From assembly GCA_029261065.1 (NCBI GenBank), contig JAJDCB010000030.1:196876-260875 (forward strand): 64,000 nt of DNA, given 5' to 3'. This document shows, one piece after another, positions 36,982-46,681 of the stretch. Origin of the DNA: Candidatus Omnitrophota bacterium. GTDB lineage: Bacteria > Omnitrophota > Gorgyraeia > Zapsychrales > Zapsychraceae. A program made the translations under genes and the position numbers. The stretch's first letter is position 1; every line of letters starts with the position of its first letter. The notes beneath the pieces were generated by a model that saw nothing but the letters and a program-made list of their open reading frames with translations, had not been told where the DNA came from and did not search any database.

Positions 36982-37700
36982 AGCAAGCTCAAATCAGTTG
37001 GGATGAGAATGGGCTTCCCCATTCCACTCAGTTTGACGATAAGTATTTTTGCATCGAGAATGGCTTGTTGGAATCCCAATATATTTTTTGTGAGGGCAAC
37101 GCGTTACAGTCACGATTCGAAAACTTATCGTCAGAGGCCCCTGGAATCTTTATTATTGTTGAAACCGGTTTTGGCACAGGGCTTAATTTTTGTTGTGCCT
37201 GGCAACTTTGGAAACAACACGCGCCACAAAACTGGCAGTTGCAATATGTCTCTATGGATTTATATCCTTTGTCCCAAGAACAACTCAAAACATCTCTAGC
37301 CCTTTGGCCGGGAATAACGGACTTTACTCAACCGTTAGTTAAGATGTATCCCTCTTTGATAAATGAATCACGCTATGAATTATCATTTGAAAAAACACGC
37401 GTCAAACTTGTTTTGTTGTTTGATCATGTCAATGATGCTTTAAGTCAATTGATTGAGGATAAATGCGTGGCAGATGCGTGGTTTTTGGATGGTTTTGATC
37501 CAGCTAAAAATCCTCATATGTGGAGTGAAGATGTGTTCTCTCGGATGGCCAAGATGAGTAACCTTCAGACAACGTTAAGCACCTTTAGCGTTGCAGGATT
37601 CGTAAGGCGTGGATTGACAGCACAAGGTTTTACAGTTGAGAAAATTAAGGGTTTTGGGAGAAAGCGGCATATGTTAAAAGGTTTTTACGCGAAGTCATGA
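36972..37700 (+). CDS. mnmD: tRNA mnm5s2U34 methyltransferase (MnmC N-terminal / MnmD)
   Basis: PHSTQFDDKYF, ETGFGTGLNF, DAWFLDGF.PAKNPHMW, GFGRKRHML. Confidence 0.92.
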   Translation: MELEQAQISWDENGLPHSTQFDDKYFCIENGLLESQYIFCEGNALQSRFENLSSEAPGIFIIVETGFGTGLNFCCAWQLWKQHAPQNWQLQYVSMDLYPLSQEQLKTSLALWPGITDFTQPLVKMYPSLINESRYELSFEKTRVKLVLLFDHVNDALSQLIEDKCVADAWFLDGFDPAKNPHMWSEDVFSRMAKMSNLQTTLSTFSVAGFVRRGLTAQGFTVEKIKGFGRKRHMLKGFYAKS

Positions 37701-38743
37701 AAGATTACCTTATTGTTGGTCAAGGAGTGGCGGGTAGTTTTCTCGCCTGGGAACTCATCCAAAGACAACAAGATGTGATTGTTGTCGATGATAGTCATCA
37801 GAGTTCTTCTTCCATTATCAGCGCTGGAATTATCAATCCTATTACAGGTAAACGTTTTGTTGTCACACCTCATTTTGATCAATTTTTTTCTTTTGCCCAA
37901 TCAGCTTATGCGCAATTAGATCAAGTGTTTAATGATTCCTTTTTTGAAACAAAACCAGTGTTGAGGTTAATTCAAGATGACTTTGAGCAGGAACTCTGGC
38001 GCGAAAAACAATCCTCCGATGATATTAAAAAATATTATTCCAATATCTATCCACCGCATAAATATTCTTCAAATTTAGATGATTCTCTAGGCAGTTTTGA
38101 AATTTCTCAAGCAGGTTTTTGCAGGAGCGAAGCCTTATTAAAAGCTTTTGAAAACTACTTTCAAGAAAAGAATATTCTTAGGCCGCAGCACTTTTCTTAT
38201 GATGCCATCGAAATCGATAAGAATAGTGTGATTTTTAATAACGAACGATTTAAAAAAATAATATTTTGTGAAGGTTACAAAGCGCAAGATAATCCTTGGT
38301 TTAAGTCCTTACCTTTTGCTTGTGCTAAGGGAGAAATTTTACGGCTAAGCATGAATTCAAGCGCGTTGCCTGATGCGATTCTTAATAAGACAAAATGGTG
38401 TGTACCTGTTAAAGCAAACGAATGGATGGCCGGATCAAATTATAACTGGGATCAATGCGATTGTCTGCCAACGGATTGTGGGGCTCAAGAAATCTTAGAA
38501 GGATTGGCTTTTATTAAAAAGGGGAGACCGCACATTACTGATCATAAAGCCGGCGTTCGTCCTGTTATAAGGGATCGAAAAGCTGTGTTGGGTTTGCTGC
38601 CAAGCACTCCGGAGGTAGGTATTTTTAATGGACTAGGTTCCAAGGGTTTTTTATTAGCTCCTTATTACGCTCATCAATTGGCTGAGTCGCTAATAAAAAA
38701 GACTCAGATAAAAATATCTGTCAATATTGAGCGATTTTTTTAG
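37697..38743 (+). CDS. FAD-dependent oxidoreductase (MnmC C-terminal / DAO-like)
   Basis: IVGQGVAG, SAGIINPITG, KGE, AGVRP, NGLGSKG; ATGA-coupled to mnmD. Confidence 0.85.
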   Translation: MKDYLIVGQGVAGSFLAWELIQRQQDVIVVDDSHQSSSSIISAGIINPITGKRFVVTPHFDQFFSFAQSAYAQLDQVFNDSFFETKPVLRLIQDDFEQELWREKQSSDDIKKYYSNIYPPHKYSSNLDDSLGSFEISQAGFCRSEALLKAFENYFQEKNILRPQHFSYDAIEIDKNSVIFNNERFKKIIFCEGYKAQDNPWFKSLPFACAKGEILRLSMNSSALPDAILNKTKWCVPVKANEWMAGSNYNWDQCDCLPTDCGAQEILEGLAFIKKGRPHITDHKAGVRPVIRDRKAVLGLLPSTPEVGIFNGLGSKGFLLAPYYAHQLAESLIKKTQIKISVNIERFF

Positions 38744-38864
38744 AAAATCGCTTTTTTTGCCAAGATAAATGATTGCCTTGCAAAATTTGAGAATCTTGTT
38801 ATCTTAGGGAAGATAAAGAGTGTGAATTAATCCATATTTATGATGTATTTTGATGTTGGGAGAA

Positions 38865-39758
38865 ATGATGGAAAAAACGCCATTACATGACACAACAGAA
38901 GAAACAACCGATACCTTCCGATTGATGGCTGATACCGCGCCTGTTATGATTTGGATGTCTTGTACAGATGGGTTGTGCAATTTTTTTAATAAATTGTGGC
39001 TTGATTTTAGGGGGCGCACGATGGAGCAGGAGCTAGGTGACGGTTGGATGCAGGGCATTCACCCGTTAGATTTTGATGCTTCTACAGAGGCGTTTGAGAA
39101 GTCTGTTAAAGTTTTCGAGGCCTTTCGCTTAGAATTTCGTTTAAGACGTTTTGATGGAGAGTTTCGTTGGTTGTTAGGAACAGGCGTACCGCGTTTTGAT
39201 AAGAGAGGGCAGTGTTGTGGGTATATTGGTTCTTGTATAGATATTACGGATAGAAAAAATATGGAAGTTCAGTTAAGAAAATCTCGCGAAGAGTTGGAAG
39301 AAGGTTTTGAGCAGAGAACGAAGGAGTTAAGTAATCAAAAAGAAAATTTAGAGAAAATGAATCTGACGTTACAAGAAGTGTTGATGAAAAATGAGCTTGA
39401 AAAGAAACAGATTAAAGAAGATATCATTGCAAACGTTGAAGAACTTATTTTGCCACTTTTAAAAAAGATCAAGAAAGAAGGTTCTATTGAGTTAACGGAG
39501 TATGTGAATTTATTAGAAAAGAATATTAGACAATTAACATCACCCTTTGGTAGCCAAATTTCTGATCGAAGATGGCGACTAACACCGCGAGAAATTGAAG
39601 TGTGTGATATGATAAAAAATGGATTAAGTAGCAAAGAAATGGCAAAACTCTTAAATACCTCTCATCGCACCGTGGAAATTCATCGTCAAAATGTGAGAAG
39701 GAAATTAAAAATATCTAATTTGAACATCAATCTTATAACCTACCTTAGAACCCTTTAG
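38865..39758 (+). CDS. PAS domain - LuxR-type HTH transcriptional regulator
   Basis: FRLMADTAPVMIW..GW..IHP.D..RR.DG.FRW..DITDRK; LTPREIEV..GLSSKEMA..TVEIHRQNVRRKL. Confidence 0.92.
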   Translation: MMEKTPLHDTTEETTDTFRLMADTAPVMIWMSCTDGLCNFFNKLWLDFRGRTMEQELGDGWMQGIHPLDFDASTEAFEKSVKVFEAFRLEFRLRRFDGEFRWLLGTGVPRFDKRGQCCGYIGSCIDITDRKNMEVQLRKSREELEEGFEQRTKELSNQKENLEKMNLTLQEVLMKNELEKKQIKEDIIANVEELILPLLKKIKKEGSIELTEYVNLLEKNIRQLTSPFGSQISDRRWRLTPREIEVCDMIKNGLSSKEMAKLLNTSHRTVEIHRQNVRRKLKISNLNINLITYLRTL

Positions 39759-39781
39759 AATTTATTCTAAACGACCTCATT

Positions 39782-40537
39782 ATGAATCCACCTAACACAA
39801 TAGATAAAGAAACTCCTCTATTTATAACTGTATCAAAGTTTGCTGGTAAAGCGATTATGGAATTTGATATGATTGAAGATCAAGACAAAATCGTTGTTGC
39901 TGTTTCTGGAGGAAAGGACAGCTTATCCTTACTCCATATTTTACGTCACAGACAAAAAGTCGCGCCTATCCAATTTGATGTGTGTGCGGTTCATGTCGAT
40001 TTCGAATTATCCGATTTTGATCCTCAACCTTTAGTGGAATATTTTAAAGCGCATGGCTTTTCTTATAGGGTTGAGAAAGTAGCTTCCCTAAAGGGACAAA
40101 AATATGATGAGATTGATTGTTTCTCGTGGTCACGCGCGCGACGAAAAGCGTTGTTTGAGCTGGCTAACAAGCAAGGTTTTACTAAGATTGCCTTTGGGCA
40201 TCACATGGATGATATTGCCGAAACCATTGTCTTAAATCAATTTTATCGTGGAGAAATTGGTGCGATGAAACCCAAGCAAGAATTATTTGATGGAAAAATC
40301 GTCCTTATTCGCCCCTTAGCGTATGTTCGTGAAGATTGGATGCGGGATTTAGCTGTTGAGTTAAAAATTGACTCGATGGGCCAATCGAAATGTTCGTTTG
40401 ATGACACATCGCATCGTATGAAGATAAAGAAAATGCTTCGCGAGTTTGAAAATGATAATACACCTGTTGTTAAAAATATTTTCAATAGTCTAAGTAAGGT
40501 CCGCGAAGACTATCTTATTGATAGAAAGGATAAATAA
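39782..40537 (+). CDS. ttcA: TtcA-like PP-loop tRNA thiolation protein
   Basis: VAVSGGKDS, GHHMDDIAET, LIRPL; the CxxC motif is degenerate (CFSW). Confidence 0.8.
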   Translation: MNPPNTIDKETPLFITVSKFAGKAIMEFDMIEDQDKIVVAVSGGKDSLSLLHILRHRQKVAPIQFDVCAVHVDFELSDFDPQPLVEYFKAHGFSYRVEKVASLKGQKYDEIDCFSWSRARRKALFELANKQGFTKIAFGHHMDDIAETIVLNQFYRGEIGAMKPKQELFDGKIVLIRPLAYVREDWMRDLAVELKIDSMGQSKCSFDDTSHRMKIKKMLREFENDNTPVVKNIFNSLSKVREDYLIDRKDK

Positions 40538-41143
40538 ATGGATAATATTATTAAGTATTGGTTTCACGATGTAAGTGATGAGCGGCCAATTGATAAGAAG
40601 GGGATGCCGGTTAAGATGTGGTTTATGAAAGATAAAGAGATTGATGTTGAAATCACTAAGAAATTTGAACAAGATATTATTAAGGCTAACGAAGGTGAGT
40701 ATAAAGATTGGGAAAAAACGGCAAGAGGATCTTTGGCTTTGATTCTTTTGTTCGATCAATTTACAAGAAATATTTATCGCAATACAAAGAGGATGTTTGC
40801 TTACGATCATTTGGCCTGTGATTTAAGTGTAAGGTGTGCAGACGCTCATATCGATCAAGATTTGTCGCTTATTCAACGTGTCTTTATGTATATGCCTTTT
40901 ATGCACGCAGAAGATCTTCGTTTGCAACAGTTATGTATTTCATCTTTTGAGGGATTAGTTAAAGATTCAAATGAAAAAAGTCCTTATAATACTTCTTATT
41001 ACGAAAGTAATTTGTTGTTTGCTAAAAAGCATAGTGAGATTATTGAACAATTTGGACGATTTCCTCATCGGAATCAAATCCTTGGGCGAGAGTCAACGAG
41101 TGAAGAGTTAGAATTTCTTAATAAACCAGGATCTTCTTTTTAG
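40538..41143 (+). CDS. DUF924 family protein
   Basis: LALILLFDQFTRNIYR, FMYMPFMHAE, FGRFPHRNQILGREST. Confidence 0.93.
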   Translation: MDNIIKYWFHDVSDERPIDKKGMPVKMWFMKDKEIDVEITKKFEQDIIKANEGEYKDWEKTARGSLALILLFDQFTRNIYRNTKRMFAYDHLACDLSVRCADAHIDQDLSLIQRVFMYMPFMHAEDLRLQQLCISSFEGLVKDSNEKSPYNTSYYESNLLFAKKHSEIIEQFGRFPHRNQILGRESTSEELEFLNKPGSSF

Positions 41144-41185
41144 AAAGTAGAAATTTTGTTATACTAAGAGCCGAAAGGTTCGGCT

Positions 41186-41911
41186 TTGAAAAAAAGAAAT
41201 AAGAGTAGTTTTCCCACCACATTTATTATTGTGTTTATCGTTTTTATCCTTATCGGAGTTTTTGTTTCTAATAGAATCATGGAACAAGAATTAAGGGGCC
41301 TAGAAAGTGATAAAAAATCTCGAAGTCAAATAACACGAGCCCCAGCCCTGCCAACGCAAACACCTACAAAAGAAAAAAAACAAGTTATTCGAAAAACACG
41401 CTTTGATCCTAGCCGAAAATTTGAAGAAAGTATTTTCTTTATCGAAGAGAAAGAAATCGCGCGGTATAAACATAAGGAAGAGGATATTTACGAATTTTCA
41501 GGAGAAATTCCAGATGGTAAGGTTGGTTTTATAAATGAATCTAAGCGAACTAAAGGTTATGAGCATTATAAAGGTAATAAAAGACATGGAAGGTATGTAG
41601 AGAATTATGACAATGGTCGGGTTAAAAAGGAGAAGAGGTATTTTCATGGTGAATTAAGAAAAGTTAATGAATATTTTTATGATGGGCAACTTAGAATGAA
41701 AGCTGATTATGATGATGCTATTATCTATGATGTAGAAGAAGATGTGGGGGAGGGTGCTGTATATTATCGTGATGGTCAATTGATGTATGAATGGAAGGTG
41801 ACGATTATGGGGCAGGAGAGATATAAGCGCTCTTATAATAGAGAGGGAGAATTAGTTGAGGAGAAAACGTTTGATAAATATGGCCAGCTTATAAATGTTG
41901 TAAAGCACTGA
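41186..41911 (+). CDS. membrane-anchored MORN-variant repeat protein
   Basis: N-terminal TM; YDNGRVK, FYDGQL, YYRDGQL repeats. Confidence 0.72.
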   Translation: MKKRNKSSFPTTFIIVFIVFILIGVFVSNRIMEQELRGLESDKKSRSQITRAPALPTQTPTKEKKQVIRKTRFDPSRKFEESIFFIEEKEIARYKHKEEDIYEFSGEIPDGKVGFINESKRTKGYEHYKGNKRHGRYVENYDNGRVKKEKRYFHGELRKVNEYFYDGQLRMKADYDDAIIYDVEEDVGEGAVYYRDGQLMYEWKVTIMGQERYKRSYNREGELVEEKTFDKYGQLINVVKH

Positions 41912-41982
41912 AAATAAACTATTTAAGTTTGTGCATTGTTATTGCTGGTAAAATAAGCTACACTTAAAATAGTAGTATGAGT

Positions 41983-42157
41983 GTTAATGAAAAAGGCAAA
42001 CTTCAGCCATTATTTATGGCTGGTGCGTCAAGAGTTTTGGCGCATGGGGTAACCCAAGGACGTCCCACATTTCTAGAAATTGAAGTATGTGGGACCCCGT
42101 CTAAAGAGGCGGGGCAAAGCATTAGGGTCCTATTAAGGATAGCCTGGCCGCCGTAAC
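41983..42157 (+). ncRNA. cyclic di-GMP-I (GEMM) riboswitch aptamer with inserted hairpins
   Basis: AAAGGCAAAC..GGG-GTAA-CCC.AAGGAC..GCAAAGC..GGGTCCT..AGGATAGCCTGGCCGCCG; P1 GTTA/TAAC. Confidence 0.8.
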
Positions 42158-42178
42158 AATGAGAAAGTATTTTCTCGG

Positions 42179-42212
42179 CCTATCCTTAATAAAAATTAGG
42201 ATAGGTTTTTTT
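42179..42212 (+). terminator. riboswitch-controlled intrinsic terminator
   Basis: CCTATCCTTAAT-AAAA-ATTAGGATAGG-TTTTTTT directly before ATG 42213. Confidence 0.8.
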
Positions 42213-42686
42213 ATGGAAAAACTGAAGATTAAAATTTATACAAAAGGTTTTACACTCGTTGAACTCCTCGTTGTTGTTGCCATTCTTAGCTTTATTCTTA
42301 CAGGTATGATTGGGTTGTTTATTCAGACTTCGACTCATGGAAATATGTCAACCAATAAGACAATAGCCTTAAACGAAGCTCAGGGTATTCTTGAGGCTGT
42401 AAGAAATCATGATTTTGATAGTATTGTTACAGACTATAGTTTTGGCGGAAGCCCAGGAGATACGTTTGCGCTAACAAATCCAACAGGCATGGGAAAAATT
42501 TATATCAATAGTGCGGACCCAGATTTACTCACTCTTCAGGTCGTTGTGAGTTGGCAAGATAAATATAATCGTATTATCGGTGAAGATACTGATTTAGATG
42601 GTGTTCTAGATGGCGGAGAAGATATCAATGGAAATACCCAACTGGACTCACCGGTATCTTTAATGAGCATGATTACAAGAAGGTAA
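42213..42686 (+). CDS. type IV minor pilin (PilV-like)
   Basis: Prepilin cleavage site KG^FTLVE; C-terminal GEDTDLDGVLDGGEDINGN Ca-binding-like motif. Confidence 0.88.
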   Translation: MEKLKIKIYTKGFTLVELLVVVAILSFILTGMIGLFIQTSTHGNMSTNKTIALNEAQGILEAVRNHDFDSIVTDYSFGGSPGDTFALTNPTGMGKIYINSADPDLLTLQVVVSWQDKYNRIIGEDTDLDGVLDGGEDINGNTQLDSPVSLMSMITRR

Positions 42687-42690
42687 AGAT

Positions 42691-43245
42691 ATGAGACACA
42701 GTATAACGAAAAAAATTCTGCAATCCCTGAATCAAAATTCTGGTTTTACGATTGTGGAAACATTTATCACCATGGCCATTTTTACGATTGTGATGACAGG
42801 TTTATATGCGACGGTCGCGGTGGGGGAAAGTTCTTGGCAAGTCAATCAGGCTAATGTTGAATTACAACAGCAATTGCGACAAGGAATGGGATGGATGATT
42901 AACGATTTAAGATCTTCTGGAAATAGTTCTATCGTCAACGTTCCAGCCAATGATACATTGTATACAACGATAACTTTTAAAGTGCCTACAGGTGTGACAG
43001 CAGGTTCTCTTGTTTGGGCGGCAAATACCATTCAATTTGTTTTAGGAGGCAGCGGAGGAACGGATTTACAGCGTATTGAAGGAGGAGTGACAACCGTCAT
43101 AGCTCAGAACATTCAAACATTACAATTTCGTCGTAGTTCCTCAGCATCTGATACGTTAGAAGTTTTTATGACAGCACAAAGAACGACAGCAAAAGGAAAT
43201 GTTATGGCGGCACCATTAGATTTTTCTATTCAATTAAGAAATTAA
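42691..43245 (+). CDS. type IV minor pilin (PilW-like)
   Basis: SG^FTIVE; C-terminal IAQNI..L.F..IQLRN. Confidence 0.85.
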   Translation: MRHSITKKILQSLNQNSGFTIVETFITMAIFTIVMTGLYATVAVGESSWQVNQANVELQQQLRQGMGWMINDLRSSGNSSIVNVPANDTLYTTITFKVPTGVTAGSLVWAANTIQFVLGGSGGTDLQRIEGGVTTVIAQNIQTLQFRRSSSASDTLEVFMTAQRTTAKGNVMAAPLDFSIQLRN

Positions 43246-43257
43246 GAGGGTGATGCG

Positions 43258-44766
43258 ATGAAAAAACAATTATTAAAGAGGCTAACGGATACAAAGGGAA
43301 GCGCATTTCTGATTTCGTATTTTGCTATTGTTGTCCTTCTTGGTTTGGGAGCTACATTTTTACTGTTAGTGACGGGCGAATCTCGTGTTTCAGAAAGACA
43401 ACGATTAACAACAGTGGCTTTTCACATTGCTGAGGCAGGTATTGAACGCGGGCTTAATGAATTAAGAGAAGACTTTGTTAATGATACATCTCCAAGTTGG
43501 GCTGATGGCCTTATTAATACTTACACGATTGGTCCAAACACTGGCACTTATTATACGATTCCTTTTTCATCAACAGTTTTTAATTCAGGATCTTACGTTG
43601 TTGAGTTATTAAATGTATCAGGTGCCGTTGATGATATTTGGTTGCGTTCGACAGGAATCATTAGTGGTGTCACGCATACCATTGATGTTTACGTGCGGAT
43701 GGTGAGTTTGTCTCCGTGGGAATATGCGATATTTGCGGGAGCTGGGGCATCAGGTGCCATGGTTAACGGGAATGTCGACATTCGTGGATCTGTTATCGTT
43801 TTGGGGTCAGGACTGTCACCAGGCGATTATGCCATTGATTTAGGTGGGACGGCAGAGCTCGTTGGAAATAATTACAATGGTCTTTCTGGGACGATTACGG
43901 CAAAAGTTCCAGCTTTGCCTACAGTGAGTTTTGGCGGGGAGACTGTTGAAACATTGAATGCGACATTGCGTGTTAAACAAGGTTTGGTTGGTTTAAGCGG
44001 GTCTTCTACAGTAGGGGAGTCGAATGCGACAGGAAATGCTGTTAAAGAAACTGTTGATGGTGTTTTTGTTACGGAAGGTTTTGGCGGAAGTCAAGGAACC
44101 TCGGGTGTGCATTCCGATAATGGTGTGACAGAAGCCTATGATCTTGGCGGAGCTGTTACATTTCCCAGTTTAAGTGATCCTTATCCTGGTCATGCGAGTT
44201 ATCAAGCGTATTTACAATCGACGGGTTATACTTTAACAGCGGCTGAGGCAGCTGTTTTGAGTAGTGGTATCAAGCCAACATCAAGTTTTTCTTTTGGAGA
44301 TGCTAATGGAAGTATTAGTGTAGATGGTAGTGGAAATTTAGCGATTGATGGAGTTGTTTATGTGGATAGTGGTGCTGATGTGAATTTTGAAAAAGATGGA
44401 TCTAATAAAACAATTAATTATACAGGAACGGGATCTTTGTTGGTCACAGGGAACGTGCAAATTGATGTTAATTTGTATACGGCTGGTAATAATTCTTTTC
44501 CTAACAATATTATGGGAATTATGACACCTAATAATATTGGTTTTAACGAAGCTAATATTGATGTCATGGGCATTTTTTACGCTGAAAATTCTGTTGTGGT
44601 TCAAAAACAGACAGATATTATGGGAACGATTGTTTCTAATTACTTTGATATGGGAACCAATGTCCCATCTATATTTCAAGTCCCCGATACCGCCAACAAT
44701 CTTCCTCCAGGGATGATTGGAGGAAATGCGACATGGTATATGGTTGTCGGATGGCTTAAATCATAG
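43258..44766 (+). CDS. PilX-like minor pilin with large G/S/T/N-rich C-terminal domain
   Basis: KG^SAFL (no E5), AFHIAEAGIERG PilX_N motif. Confidence 0.85.
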   Translation: MKKQLLKRLTDTKGSAFLISYFAIVVLLGLGATFLLLVTGESRVSERQRLTTVAFHIAEAGIERGLNELREDFVNDTSPSWADGLINTYTIGPNTGTYYTIPFSSTVFNSGSYVVELLNVSGAVDDIWLRSTGIISGVTHTIDVYVRMVSLSPWEYAIFAGAGASGAMVNGNVDIRGSVIVLGSGLSPGDYAIDLGGTAELVGNNYNGLSGTITAKVPALPTVSFGGETVETLNATLRVKQGLVGLSGSSTVGESNATGNAVKETVDGVFVTEGFGGSQGTSGVHSDNGVTEAYDLGGAVTFPSLSDPYPGHASYQAYLQSTGYTLTAAEAAVLSSGIKPTSSFSFGDANGSISVDGSGNLAIDGVVYVDSGADVNFEKDGSNKTINYTGTGSLLVTGNVQIDVNLYTAGNNSFPNNIMGIMTPNNIGFNEANIDVMGIFYAENSVVVQKQTDIMGTIVSNYFDMGTNVPSIFQVPDTANNLPPGMIGGNATWYMVVGWLKS

Positions 44767-44834
44767 AGTTAACCAATTCTTCACAAGAAAATCATTTCCT
44801 TTTCAGAAAAATCAATTAGAATAAAAATTCATCA

Positions 44835-44968
44835 TGTCGTCCCCGCCCCATTTGTCATTTCCGCGAAAGCGGGAATCCATGGATTAAACTCCAGCGGGGA
44901 TCCAAAAAGAGTAATAGTAAAATTATTATTTTCTCTATTACGAGGTTCCCGGTTTCGCGGGAATGACA
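44835..44968. repeat. REP-like cluster
   Basis: Same family as 1799-1891. Confidence 0.88.
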
Positions 44969-44996
44969 ATATTACTTTTTACATCAGGAGATATTT

Positions 44997-45428
44997 ATGA
45001 GCAAACAAAAAGTTCTTTTCGTCTGCATCCACAACTCCGCCCGCAGTCAAATGGCGGATGAGCTGTTAAAATTTTTAGCCCCAGAGCGTTTTGAAGTTGA
45101 AAGCGCTGGGATTGAGCCGGGTAAGTTAAATCCATTAGTGGTTCAATCGTTAAAAGATTACGACATTAACATTGAAGGGAAGGCTACCCAGTCGGTTAAA
45201 GAGATGATAGATCAGGGAAAGACATATGATTATGTGATAACCGTGTGTGATGAAACAAGTGCCGAGCGATGTCCCGTTTTCCCAGGAGACACCAAACGCA
45301 TTCATTGGAGCTTTACAGACCCTTCGCAGTTTCAAGGGAGTGATGAAGAGAGGTTAAGCAAGATTAAAGATGTTCGTGAAGAGATTAAAACAAGACTGGA
45401 ACAATGGATTAAGACAGAGGACACATAA
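44997..45428 (+). CDS. arsC: arsenate reductase, LMW-PTP type
   Basis: CIHNSARSQM P-loop; TVCD..ERCP; DP. Confidence 0.92.
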   Translation: MSKQKVLFVCIHNSARSQMADELLKFLAPERFEVESAGIEPGKLNPLVVQSLKDYDINIEGKATQSVKEMIDQGKTYDYVITVCDETSAERCPVFPGDTKRIHWSFTDPSQFQGSDEERLSKIKDVREEIKTRLEQWIKTEDT

Positions 45429-45451
45429 TGTTTGTCAAAAGAGGAGTTCAA

Positions 45452-45859
45452 ATGAAAAAATTTATTGTAAGCACCATAATACTGTTTAATGTCATATTAT
45501 TGAGTATTAGCGTTAATGCGCAGGAGGCAACAGAAGCTGGTAAGTTGGAGTCAAAACAAGAGGCGATTGATCGCAAGGTGGCGGAATTTTCAAAACAACG
45601 TCAAATGATGGCGGAGTTTCAAGCCTTAAGTTTAGAGCATACTCAGTTAATACAAGAGCGTTATAAAATTTTTCAAGAAAAACTAAAACTAGCTCAAACC
45701 CCAGAAGATAAGTATCGATTACAACTTGAGTTTCAAGCTGAGCAACAGGAGTCTAAAGGAAAATTTCAGGAGAAAGTAAAAGCGTTTTACGAGCAAGCTA
45801 ATCCAGCGAAGCGTGGAAAGGGTGCTAAGGAGGAAAAAAAGCAAATGAAGGCCGAATAA
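45452..45859 (+). CDS. hypothetical secreted helical protein
   Basis: GAGGAG SD, signal peptide ..VNA. Confidence 0.75.
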   Translation: MKKFIVSTIILFNVILLSISVNAQEATEAGKLESKQEAIDRKVAEFSKQRQMMAEFQALSLEHTQLIQERYKIFQEKLKLAQTPEDKYRLQLEFQAEQQESKGKFQEKVKAFYEQANPAKRGKGAKEEKKQMKAE

Positions 45860-45981
45860 TATTTATCCGTAATGTTTTAGGTTTAAGCACGCTCATAAAT
45901 GATTGACTTTAAACAAACTCTAGGATACGATGTTTTTAATTCATTTAAGTGTTAAATACTATTTTAAGAAAGGAATGGAGC

Positions 45982-46632
45982 ATGAAAAAAATTGATTTGA
46001 TTGCCGCATGTTTATTGTTTTTGGCAGCGATGAGTGTATCAGCTGTTGCTTATGAAAAAGGATCGATGACAGATGATGAATTAGAGAAAGGTTCGATGTC
46101 AGAAGGAATGAAAGGCTCAGGTCATGATGATATAATGGAAAAAGGCTCTATGAAAGGTGATATGTTAGAAGCGGCTGTTTTTTCAATGGCCATTGCTCAT
46201 ATCGCTCCAACTGGACCAGGATCAGATGTTGCTGGAAAAGCAGTGTTTACAGAAAATGAAGATGGTGTGACTGTTGTTGTCACATTAAAGGGTGTTCCAG
46301 ATCCAGGCAATCATGGCTTTCATATTCATCAAAACGGAAGTTGTGCGGAAGCTGGAAAAGCGGCTGGTGGTCATTATAATCCCAACAGCGTTGATCACGG
46401 TTTTCTCCCCAAAGACGGCCATAGTGCCGCTCATGCCGGAGATTTAGGAAATATTGCAATTGATGAAGACGGAAATGGAAGTCTAACCGTATTATTACCA
46501 GGACTTAGCATTGCAGATGAAAATAACGTATCCGGACGCTCTGTTATCCTCCACGCCAAAGAAGACGATTTTGGCCAACCCACCGGAAATGCGGGTGGAC
46601 GGATTGGTTGTGGTGTGATTATCTCCAAATAA
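45982..46632 (+). CDS. sodC: Cu/Zn superoxide dismutase with Met-rich N-terminal repeats
   Basis: HGFHIH, AGGHYNP, HAGDLGN, GRSVILH, GNAGGRIGCG. Confidence 0.95.
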   Translation: MKKIDLIAACLLFLAAMSVSAVAYEKGSMTDDELEKGSMSEGMKGSGHDDIMEKGSMKGDMLEAAVFSMAIAHIAPTGPGSDVAGKAVFTENEDGVTVVVTLKGVPDPGNHGFHIHQNGSCAEAGKAAGGHYNPNSVDHGFLPKDGHSAAHAGDLGNIAIDEDGNGSLTVLLPGLSIADENNVSGRSVILHAKEDDFGQPTGNAGGRIGCGVIISK

Positions 46633-46641
46633 TAATTCTCC

Positions 46642-46681
46642 AAAACCCCCTTTGGAATTTAACGATTCTAAGGGGGTTTTT
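46642..46681 (+). terminator. intrinsic terminator
   Basis: AAAACCCCCTT...AAGGGGGTTTTT. Confidence 0.75.

Noticed and set aside
42159-42212. N-terminal extension of the pilV-like ORF from ATG 42159
   Set aside because: It lies in the riboswitch expression platform and terminator. ATG 42213 gives a normal short prepilin leader.
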